The notes under the pieces are model-generated. The model did not search any database. It was not told the DNA's origin and saw nothing but the letters and a program-made list of their open reading frames with translations. A DNA stretch of 64,000 bases from Anaerolineae bacterium (GTDB lineage: Bacteria; Chloroflexota; Anaerolineae; DRVO01), in NCBI GenBank assembly GCA_040768685.1, contig JAXGMM010000001.1:1322691-1386690 (forward strand), in the 5' to 3' direction. This document shows, piece by piece, positions 48,376 through 56,198 of the stretch. A program made the position numbers and the translations under genes. Every line of letters starts with the position of its first letter. Within the stretch, counting starts at the first letter, position 1.

Positions 48376-49698
48376 GTGGACGAAGAAGTACGCGAGGAAC
48401 TGAGCGAGCGGGAGGTCGAGATACTCCGGTTGGTGGCCACCGGGGCCAGCAACAAGGAGATCGCCTCTCAGCTGGACATAACACCAAACACGGTCAAGGT
48501 ACATCTCCGAAACGTGTTCGGCAAGCTTGGTGTGCGCTCTCGCACCGAAGCGAGCATGGTGGCCATCGAAATGGGCCTTGTGCCTGCCGTCGCCACAAGC
48601 ATTAGCGTGGCGCCGGCAGAGGGTGAGCCGGCGCCTGTGGTCCCGCCCGCAGCAATAGCGTGGTGGCAGAAGGCCTCGCTCGTCGCGGTGCTGCTGGCCG
48701 CTGTGACGCTGGTGATCTGGCCCGCGCGGCCGGCGGCGAGGGCAGCCGCGCCGGGTCCTGATCCCTTACGTGAATCCGTTGTGTCCCGCGCTGCCTCCGG
48801 CGGACGCGAGGAGGTGGGGCGGTGGAGCGAGGCCGCGCAGATGCCCACTGGCCGGCACCGTTTCGCCGCCGCCTACGTCGACTCATTGATCGTCGTCGCG
48901 GGCGGCGACACCGCCGAGGGGATTACCAACTCGGTAGAGATCTACGACACGGGGACCAACACCTGGCGACTCGGTGCATCCAAGCCCACGGGCGTCAGCA
49001 ACGTGGCCGCGGCGGTGGTTGGCGGGCGCATGTATGTGCCGGGCGGCCTCACCGCTGACGGCCAGGTCATAGACACGGTTGAGATCTACGATCCGGTCGC
49101 CGATAGCTGGTCAGCCGGCACGCCACTCCCGGTTGGGCTCTGCGCCTACGCGCTGGCCACGGATGGCGACACCCTGTACCTCGCGGGAGGTTGGGACGGG
49201 CGACAGAATCGATCCGGTGTCTACGCCCTGGATGCAGGGGCTGAGTCATGGCGGCTACTGTCAATGCTTCCCCGGCCGGTCCTGCATCCGGCGGCAGTGT
49301 GGGCGCAAGGCACTCTGTATGTGCTCGGGGGATACGACGGGCGACAGGTGCGCAACGAGGTGCTGGCACTCGCCACGGACGCCGGCGCACCGTCCGAGTG
49401 GGAGACGCTGCCGCCTCTGGCGGAAGCGCGGGCCGGACTGGGCGCCGCCGTGGTGGGCGACGGGATCTACGTCGTAGGCGGTGGCTGGAGCGCCCCGACC
49501 GCCTTCTGCGAGCGATTGCCCTGGGGCGCAGAGCGCTGGGAACCCTGGGAGATGCCGGTGGTGGGCGCCTGGAGGAACATGGCTGTCGTGGCCGACGACA
49601 CCACCATCTACGCCATCGGCGGCTGGAACGGCGACATCGGGGCAGAGCTATACCGCTACCAGGCGGTGTACCGAGTGATGCTTCCGATCACCGGCTAG
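48376..49698 (+). CDS. Membrane-anchored LuxR/GerE-type HTH regulator with an extracytoplasmic Kelch-repeat beta-propeller (GTG start)
   Basis: N-terminal GerE HTH (EILRLVATGASNKEIASQLDITPNTVKVHLRNVFGKLGV), one TM helix (ASLVAVLLAAVTLVIW), six Kelch-like repeats (GG.....YV.GG / W motifs). Confidence 0.7.
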   Translation: MDEEVREELSEREVEILRLVATGASNKEIASQLDITPNTVKVHLRNVFGKLGVRSRTEASMVAIEMGLVPAVATSISVAPAEGEPAPVVPPAAIAWWQKASLVAVLLAAVTLVIWPARPAARAAAPGPDPLRESVVSRAASGGREEVGRWSEAAQMPTGRHRFAAAYVDSLIVVAGGDTAEGITNSVEIYDTGTNTWRLGASKPTGVSNVAAAVVGGRMYVPGGLTADGQVIDTVEIYDPVADSWSAGTPLPVGLCAYALATDGDTLYLAGGWDGRQNRSGVYALDAGAESWRLLSMLPRPVLHPAAVWAQGTLYVLGGYDGRQVRNEVLALATDAGAPSEWETLPPLAEARAGLGAAVVGDGIYVVGGGWSAPTAFCERLPWGAERWEPWEMPVVGAWRNMAVVADDTTIYAIGGWNGDIGAELYRYQAVYRVMLPITG

Positions 49699-50590
49699 AG
49701 GCCCGCTGGATCCGGCGACGGAGCGCGGGCCAGGTGTGCCGGCTGATCCCCAGCCGCTCCGCCATTTCCTGATTGTCGGCCCCCGAATCATGCAGGCGTG
49801 CCGCCGCTGTGGCACGCAGGGCGCGAAAGGACGGATTGCGCGATAGGCCGGCGTTGCGCCCCGTTCGCGCCAGGACGTACTCCAGGTTCCGCCCCGTGCA
49901 GTCGAAGAGCCTGCCCTCGCCGCTGTGAGACTCACGGAAGCCCAGGAACGCCTCCACCACCTGCGGGTCCAGATCGACCGTGCGTCGACGGTCGTCGCGG
50001 CCTACGGACAGGGTGCCCGAATCGGGGTCTATGTCCGTCACGTCGAGGGAGAGCGCTTCGGCCTTGGAGATCCCCGAGCTCAGAAGCAACGTTGCCAGCA
50101 GCAGTGGGCGCCAGTCACCCTCGCCTGCCTCAGCCGCAGCTGCCTCGACCAATGCGGCGGCCTCTTCCTCAGTCAGCATGTCCCCACCCGGTTCGTTCGG
50201 CGTTGGGGCCTGCACCGTCGTCGAAACGATCGGATTGGCCTGAACCACGCCCTCGTCGATCAGGTATCGGAACAGCGACTGAACCGCTGTAAGGCGGCGA
50301 CGCAGCGACGATGGGCTGCAGGCAACGCCCCGTTCCTTGGTGAGAAAGCGCCGGAACTGCTCGCCGTGTTCGGCGCCGACCTCGCCAATGGGAACGTCCA
50401 TGCCGGCGGAGTCGCAAAACAGCCGGAGATCGGCCTCGAAGGCCGACACCGTGTTGGGGCTTACCCCGTCTTGGGCGAGTGTCTCGATGTACACGGAGAT
50501 GACCGTGGCCAGCGGTGTTGAGGCGCCGATTCGGGGCGACAAGGTCCAAGGGCGATCGGGATCTAGCTTGAGCACTGGGTATGCAGCCAT
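49688..50590 (-). CDS. Tyrosine-recombinase (XerC/XerD) fold protein. The usual catalytic residues, including the C-terminal Tyr, are not evident, so it may be degenerate or non-catalytic.
   Basis: N-terminal SAM-like core-binding domain (VISVYIETLAQDGVSPNTVSAFEADL, RRRLTAVQSLFRYLIDEGV). The C-terminal region aligns to the catalytic domain, but the LGH...YTH region reads LGISRHTWPALRR and the HxxR position reads FRALRATAA. Confidence 0.55.
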   Translation of the reverse strand: MAAYPVLKLDPDRPWTLSPRIGASTPLATVISVYIETLAQDGVSPNTVSAFEADLRLFCDSAGMDVPIGEVGAEHGEQFRRFLTKERGVACSPSSLRRRLTAVQSLFRYLIDEGVVQANPIVSTTVQAPTPNEPGGDMLTEEEAAALVEAAAAEAGEGDWRPLLLATLLLSSGISKAEALSLDVTDIDPDSGTLSVGRDDRRRTVDLDPQVVEAFLGFRESHSGEGRLFDCTGRNLEYVLARTGRNAGLSRNPSFRALRATAAARLHDSGADNQEMAERLGISRHTWPALRRRIQRASSR

Positions 50591-50634
50591 AGTAGATGCT
50601 ATGTTATGCTCTCAGGCCAGGGCTAGTCAACACG

Positions 50635-50976
50635 ATGCACGAACTGGGAGTGACTGAAAGCGTATTACGCCTGGTGGTCGAGGAGGCGGAGCGACACGGC
50701 GCCTCTCGGATCACCGTCGTCAACCTGGAGATAGGTGAGTTCGCTTCCATTGTACCCGACGCGGTGGAGTTCTACTGGCCGTTTGTCGCATCGGCAACCA
50801 TCGCGGACGGAGCGCAGCTGCACTGGCGGACCCTGCCGGCAGAGGCGCGCTGCTCGGGATGCGACACGGTCTACCGCCCAGCGGCGAGGGACATGACGTG
50901 CCCGTGCTGTGGAGGCGTGCAGGGACGCCTGCTTGGGGGTGAGGAGTTCCGCGTCGAGTCGATCGAGATCGAGTAG
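50635..50976 (+). CDS. hypA: Hydrogenase nickel-insertion metallochaperone HypA. Start re-assigned to MHELGV.
   Basis: MHE N-terminus, CxxC...CxxC zinc site (CSGCD...CPCCG). Confidence 0.85.
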   Translation: MHELGVTESVLRLVVEEAERHGASRITVVNLEIGEFASIVPDAVEFYWPFVASATIADGAQLHWRTLPAEARCSGCDTVYRPAARDMTCPCCGGVQGRLLGGEEFRVESIEIE

Positions 50977-50985
50977 GAGGGCGAA

Positions 50986-51651
50986 TTGGCGAAGGTAATC
51001 GAGGTCGGACGGTCGGTGATGGCGGCCGCTCAGGCGACCGCGGAATCCAACAGGGGTCTGCTGGACCGAGCCGGGGTGCTGGCGGTTAACATGATGGCGT
51101 CCCCGGGAGCGGGCAAGACCACGCTGATTGTGGAGACGGCGAGGCGGCTTTCGCCCTCCGTCAGGTGCGCTGTGGTGGAGGGCGATGTCGCCGGGGACCT
51201 GGACGCCCGCGCGGTGGAAGAGGCAGGCTTCTCGGCCGTCCAGATAAACACCGGCGGCGGCTGCCACTTGCGAGCCGACATGCTCGCCGCAGCGCTGGCG
51301 GAGGTGGACCTGAACGCGGTCGACGTCCTTTTCATTGAGAACGTTGGAAACCTGATCTGTCCCGCCGGTGTTCCTCTGGGCGAGCACCTCCGGGTGGTGG
51401 TCTCCAGCACGGCAGAGGGCGACGATAAGCCTGTCAAGTACCCGACTGTCTTCAGGAACGCCGATGCGGTGGTCGTCAGCAAGTGGGATATCGCTCCCTA
51501 TATCAGCTTCGATCTGGAGCGCTACACCGATGCCGTTCGCCGGCTGAACGGCGAAGTGCCTGTGTTCACCCTGTCGGCGCGGACCGGTGAAGGCGTCGAG
51601 GCCTGGATCGACTGGTTGCGCGCTCGGGCAGACGGTGCCCGCGGAGCCTAG
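50986..51651 (+). CDS. hypB: Hydrogenase maturation GTPase HypB
   Basis: SPGAGKTTL P-loop, CH-type metal-binding region, G-domain motifs (VSKWD). Confidence 0.9.
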   Translation: MAKVIEVGRSVMAAAQATAESNRGLLDRAGVLAVNMMASPGAGKTTLIVETARRLSPSVRCAVVEGDVAGDLDARAVEEAGFSAVQINTGGGCHLRADMLAAALAEVDLNAVDVLFIENVGNLICPAGVPLGEHLRVVVSSTAEGDDKPVKYPTVFRNADAVVVSKWDIAPYISFDLERYTDAVRRLNGEVPVFTLSARTGEGVEAWIDWLRARADGARGA

Positions 51652-53953
51652 AGCCTTTCACATCACCGTGCGCGGCACGGTGCAGGGCGTTGGCTTTCGT
51701 CCTTTCGTGTATCGATTGGCCAACGAGCTGGGCCTGGCCGGCTGGGTGCAGAACCGCTCCGGCGACGTCACCATCCACATAGAGGGCGAGGACGGCGCTG
51801 TCGACCGCTTCCAGGAGCGGTTGGCGGCGGAACTGCCGCCCCTCGCCCGCATTGACCACCTTGCGGTCGCTCAAGCTCCGGCAACGGCTGTTGATGGCTT
51901 CACAATCCGGCGGAGCGAGGGTGAGGGCGGCCACCAACCCGTCAGCCCCGACGTAGCTACCTGTGCGGCGTGCAGTGCTGAGTTGCTGGATCCATCGGAC
52001 CGGCGCTACCTCTACCCCTTCATCAACTGCACCGATTGCGGTCCCCGCTACACCATCATCGAGCGTGTGCCGTACGATCGGGGTAACACGACGATGCAGG
52101 GGTTCGCCATGTGCGACTACTGCCGCAGCCAGTACGAGGACCCTGGGGATCGGCGATTCCATGCGCAGCCAGTCGCCTGTCCGGTCTGTGGGCCGCGCAT
52201 TTGGCTGGAGGAGGGCGACGGGGTTAGCAGCGGGGCCGCGGGAGACGTGATTCGCGCTGCGGCGGGAGTGCTCCGCAGCGGAGGGGTGCTAGCCCTGAAG
52301 GGGCTGGGCGGGTTCCACTTGGCTGTGGACGCGACCTTCGATGCTGCGGTAGCCGCGCTGCGCGAGCGCAAAGGGCGCCCCCACAAGGCTTTGGCGGTGA
52401 TGGTGGCGGACGTGGAAGCGGCGTCGAGCCTGTGCGCCGTGTCGGAAACGGCGAGTCTGCTGCTGAGTTCGCCGGCCGCCCCGATCGTGCTCCTGCCCCT
52501 CCGCCAGGATACGGAGCCTGTGCTCAGTTCGCATATCGCCCCAGATCACGGAAGCGTCGGGGTGATGCTGCCATACACCCCTCTTCACTTGCTGCTACTG
52601 CGGGAATACGGCGGGCCCCTGGTGATGACCAGCGGCAATCTCTCCGATGAACCGCTCGCCGTGGACAACACGGAGGCGCGCCGGCGCCTAAGCGCTATGG
52701 CCGACGCCTTTCTCATGCACGACCGCCCCATTCACATGCCTTGCGACGACAGCGTTATGGATCTGTGCGATGTGGGCGCGCGGGAAGGCGAGTCCCCCCT
52801 GCTCGTCCGGCGGGCGCGCGGGTATGCCCCGTCGCCGCTTCGTCTGCCGTTGGCAGGGCCGCAGGTCCTGGGTGTCGGCCCCGAGATGAAAGCCACCGTT
52901 GCTCTCGCCCGCGACGAGTACGCATACGTTAGCCAGCATCTGGGCGACCTGGACAACGCCTGCACGGAGGATCACTTCCATCGGGTGGTGGCGCAGTTCG
53001 AGGACCTGTTCTCGGTCGAGCCCGAGGCCATCGCCCATGATCTTCATCCCGACTTCTTCAGCACGCGCTACGCGCAAGACAGGGCTAGCCGCGAGGGCCA
53101 GTTGCTGATACCGGTACAGCACCACCATGCCCACGCCCTAAGTTGCATCGCGGAGAACGATGCCGCCCTGCTCGAGGAGCCCGTCGTGGCGGTGGTGCTG
53201 GACGGAACAGGGTATGGGACCGACGGGTCGATCTGGGGTGGGGAGTGGCTGATCGTCGCCGGCGCGACCGCAGAGCGATGCGCGCACCTGCAGTACGTTC
53301 CGCTCGTGGGCGGGGACGCTGCTGTTCGACGGGTCGATCGTCTGGCGCTCGCCTATCTCATGGCCCTCGGCCTGGCGGACCGCGTGCCTGGTCAGGGCCT
53401 CCTGACCGGAATCGCGCCGGAGGAGCGCGAGTTGCTCCGGGCCGGGCTGCAGAGCCCGTGGACGGTGAGGACCTCGAGCATGGGCCGGCTCTTCGACGTG
53501 GTCGCGGCGCTGTTGGGGCTCGCGAGTGAAGTGACCTACGAGGCTCAGGCGGCCATTCGTCTGCAGACGCTGGCCGAGCGGGCCGCCGGTGGGGCGCAGG
53601 AGCCGCTCAGCTACCCTTGGCGGCGCGAAGGGGAGCAGGTGATCGTCTCTGACCTGCTGGCCGCCGTGCTGGACGATCGAGAGGCCGGCAGGTCCTTGGA
53701 GCAGGTTGCGCTCGCCTTCCACCACTCGGTTGCCGAAATGGTCGTCGCTGGGGCGGAGGCGATGGCCCAGTCGGTGAACACGCGGAATGTGGCGCTCTCC
53801 GGCGGGTGCTTCCAGAACCGGCTGCTGACCTCGCTGTGCGTTCGTGCGCTACGGGCCCGAGGCCTTACGCCCCGAACGCACCGGGCGCTCCCACCGAACG
53901 ATGGCTGCGTCTCCCTGGGCCAGGTGGTAGCGGCGCGACTTCTGCACCGCTGA
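51635..53953 (+). CDS. hypF: Carbamoyltransferase HypF (acylphosphatase, two Zn fingers, YrdC-like and Kae1-like domains). GTG start overlaps the hypB end.
   Basis: Acylphosphatase motif VRGTVQGVGFRPFVYRLA, two CxxC-x18-CxxC zinc fingers, YrdC and Kae1/HypF C-terminal domains. Confidence 0.9.
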   Translation: MPAEPRAFHITVRGTVQGVGFRPFVYRLANELGLAGWVQNRSGDVTIHIEGEDGAVDRFQERLAAELPPLARIDHLAVAQAPATAVDGFTIRRSEGEGGHQPVSPDVATCAACSAELLDPSDRRYLYPFINCTDCGPRYTIIERVPYDRGNTTMQGFAMCDYCRSQYEDPGDRRFHAQPVACPVCGPRIWLEEGDGVSSGAAGDVIRAAAGVLRSGGVLALKGLGGFHLAVDATFDAAVAALRERKGRPHKALAVMVADVEAASSLCAVSETASLLLSSPAAPIVLLPLRQDTEPVLSSHIAPDHGSVGVMLPYTPLHLLLLREYGGPLVMTSGNLSDEPLAVDNTEARRRLSAMADAFLMHDRPIHMPCDDSVMDLCDVGAREGESPLLVRRARGYAPSPLRLPLAGPQVLGVGPEMKATVALARDEYAYVSQHLGDLDNACTEDHFHRVVAQFEDLFSVEPEAIAHDLHPDFFSTRYAQDRASREGQLLIPVQHHHAHALSCIAENDAALLEEPVVAVVLDGTGYGTDGSIWGGEWLIVAGATAERCAHLQYVPLVGGDAAVRRVDRLALAYLMALGLADRVPGQGLLTGIAPEERELLRAGLQSPWTVRTSSMGRLFDVVAALLGLASEVTYEAQAAIRLQTLAERAAGGAQEPLSYPWRREGEQVIVSDLLAAVLDDREAGRSLEQVALAFHHSVAEMVVAGAEAMAQSVNTRNVALSGGCFQNRLLTSLCVRALRARGLTPRTHRALPPNDGCVSLGQVVAARLLHR

Positions 53954-53983
53954 ACCCAGCCGACAGGGCATGATGGTAACCGC

Positions 53984-54286
53984 CTATGCCTCGTCCTCGT
54001 CATCGGGAGACGCGGCGGCGAAGCTTCCGGCTCGGCGACGCTCGTGGTTGACCTCGGCGTCCAGTTCCTTGGTCAAGACCGTGATCTTGAGCTCAGCCTG
54101 GCTGAGAACGGCGGAGCACCGCCGCACCAGCCCGGTCCCAGTCTCGAAGAGCGCGAGACTGTCCTGAAGGGGGAGGTTGCCTCTCTCCAACTGCTCCACC
54201 ACGTCCTGAAGTCGTCGGTACGCTTCCTCAAAGTCCAGATCAGCGAACTCGCCGGTTTCGACGGCCACGGCTCTCACTCCTCTCAC
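53984..54286 (-). CDS. xseB: Exodeoxyribonuclease VII small subunit
   Basis: FEEAYRRLQDVVEQLERGNLPLQDSLALFETG signature. GTG start overlapping the xseA stop. Confidence 0.8.
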   Translation of the reverse strand: MRGVRAVAVETGEFADLDFEEAYRRLQDVVEQLERGNLPLQDSLALFETGTGLVRRCSAVLSQAELKITVLTKELDAEVNHERRRAGSFAAASPDDEDEA

Positions 54287-55584
54287 TTGGGCGCGGGCAC
54301 CGAATCAGTGACTGCGGCCTGAGCCTGCCCGCGGCTTAGGCGAATGGCGATGGTATCGCCCACCCGCAGGTCCGCCGCGTCGGAGATCACTGGTCCCTGC
54401 AGGTGACCAACGTGGACGACGGCGTAGCCGCGGCGAAGGGTCTCTTCCGGGTCGAGTGGGCCGAGCCTGGCGGAGAGCTGTGCCAATGAACCTCTCCGCT
54501 CATCGACTAGTCGGTGCCCGGCCTGGGAGAGCCTTGCGGACCAGGGCGCGAACTGACTCTCGAGGATGGGGACCGTGCGTTCGGCGGCACGCACGAGACG
54601 CGATGAGCCGTCGTCCACCGCCTGCAGGCCACTGGCGACGACGTAGCGGGGCGATGAGCGCAGCAAGAGGCGGGTCTGGTGCAGCAGGTCCCGTCGGCCC
54701 CGCTCCAGGCCGTCCACGATGGCTTCCCTAATGCGTCTCTCCAGCCCGGCCACGGCAGCAGCGACCTCAAGCCGATCGGGCACAACGGCCATGGCGGCGG
54801 CCGACGGCGTCGGAGCGCGGAGGTCGGCCACGAAGTCGGCGATGGTGAAGTCGGTCTCGTGACCGATGCCGGTCACGACAGGCACGGGCATGGCGGCGAT
54901 TGCGCGGGCAAGGCTCTCGTCGTTGAAGCAGGAGAGGGCCTCCATGTCGCCTCCGCCGCGGCCGATGACAATGACATCGACCCCAGCCTCGGCCACCAGT
55001 TCCAGTCCGGCGATGAGGCTGGCCGGCGCTGCCTCGCCCTGGACCATCGCCCCCGCCAGCACCATCTCGACTGAAGGCCAGCGCTGGGTGAGGACGTTCT
55101 CTATGTCGCGGCGGGCCGCTCCGTACGCGGAGGTCACCACCCCGACGCGGCGAGGGAAACGCGGTAATGGTCGCTTGCGCTCCTCGGCGAAGAGGCCCTC
55201 GGCCGTGAGCTGGGCCCGGACGCGCTCGAACTCCAGGTAGGCCAGTCCGGCTCCGACCGGCAGTATCTCGCTGACGTAGAGCTGGTAGACGCCCTGGGGC
55301 GCGTACAGGTCCACGTGACCGTGCGCCAGTATCTCCTGTCCGTCCCTGAGCTGGGCGTGCACCCGGCGCGCTTGCGGGGCCCAGACCACCGCCTTGATCA
55401 GAGCGTCGCCCTCTTTCAGCGAGAAGAAGAGGTGCCCTCCACGGGACAGCGTGACGCTCGACGCCTCCCCCCGAACCCACACGTCTTGCAGGATGTCGTC
55501 CTGCAAAAGGACGGCGCGGAGATGCGCCGTGACCTGAGCTACCGTGAGATAGGGGGGGTGGCCGTCAGGACCGTCGCCCAACAA
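54283..55584 (-). CDS. xseA: Exodeoxyribonuclease VII large subunit
   Basis: N-terminal OB fold plus ExoVII_large catalytic region (VVTGIGHETDFTIADFVAD). Confidence 0.9.
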   Translation of the reverse strand: MLGDGPDGHPPYLTVAQVTAHLRAVLLQDDILQDVWVRGEASSVTLSRGGHLFFSLKEGDALIKAVVWAPQARRVHAQLRDGQEILAHGHVDLYAPQGVYQLYVSEILPVGAGLAYLEFERVRAQLTAEGLFAEERKRPLPRFPRRVGVVTSAYGAARRDIENVLTQRWPSVEMVLAGAMVQGEAAPASLIAGLELVAEAGVDVIVIGRGGGDMEALSCFNDESLARAIAAMPVPVVTGIGHETDFTIADFVADLRAPTPSAAAMAVVPDRLEVAAAVAGLERRIREAIVDGLERGRRDLLHQTRLLLRSSPRYVVASGLQAVDDGSSRLVRAAERTVPILESQFAPWSARLSQAGHRLVDERRGSLAQLSARLGPLDPEETLRRGYAVVHVGHLQGPVISDAADLRVGDTIAIRLSRGQAQAAVTDSVPAPK

Positions 55585-55591
55585 GGCGGCG

Positions 55592-56149
55592 CTAGACCCG
55601 CGTCAGGTAAGTGCCGTCGCGCGTATCGACGCGAATGGTGTCGCCCACCTGTACGAAGAGCGGGACCTGGATCACCAGGCCGGTGCTCAGAGTCGCGGGC
55701 TTGCTGGCAGCGTTGGCGGTGTCGCCGCGGAAGCCCGGCTCGGTGTGTACCACCTCTAGGTCGACGGTGATCGGCAACTCCAAGTCAAGCGGCTCGCCCT
55801 CGTATGAGGACAAGTCGAGGGTGTTGTTCTCGACTAGGTAGTTGACCATGTCGCCGAGGGTCTCTTTCGAAAGGGTGATCTGCTCGAAGGTGTCCACATC
55901 CATGAAATGATACAGCGACCCATCGTTGTAGAGGTACTGCACCGTGCGATGATCCAGCCGGATGTCCTGGACGCGGTCGCCGGAGACGAAAGTCCGCTCC
56001 ACCGTGGCGCCGGATCGGAGGTCGCGAGTCTTGGTGCGGATGTACGCATTGCCGCGGGCCGGCTTGCTGTGCTGGTAATCGAGGACCCGGTACAGGTTGC
56101 CGTCCATCTCGAAGATGGTCCCTCGACGTAGTTCGGTTACTGAGATCAA
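55592..56149 (-). CDS. efp: Translation elongation factor P
   Basis: Full-length EF-P similarity (ISVTELRRGTIFEMDGNLYRVLDYQHSKPARGNAY). Confidence 0.95.
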   Translation of the reverse strand: MISVTELRRGTIFEMDGNLYRVLDYQHSKPARGNAYIRTKTRDLRSGATVERTFVSGDRVQDIRLDHRTVQYLYNDGSLYHFMDVDTFEQITLSKETLGDMVNYLVENNTLDLSSYEGEPLDLELPITVDLEVVHTEPGFRGDTANAASKPATLSTGLVIQVPLFVQVGDTIRVDTRDGTYLTRV

Positions 56150-56198
56150 CGGGTCTTGCCTCCGAGACTAGAGTGGGGCCTCAGCCCAACCGACCATT

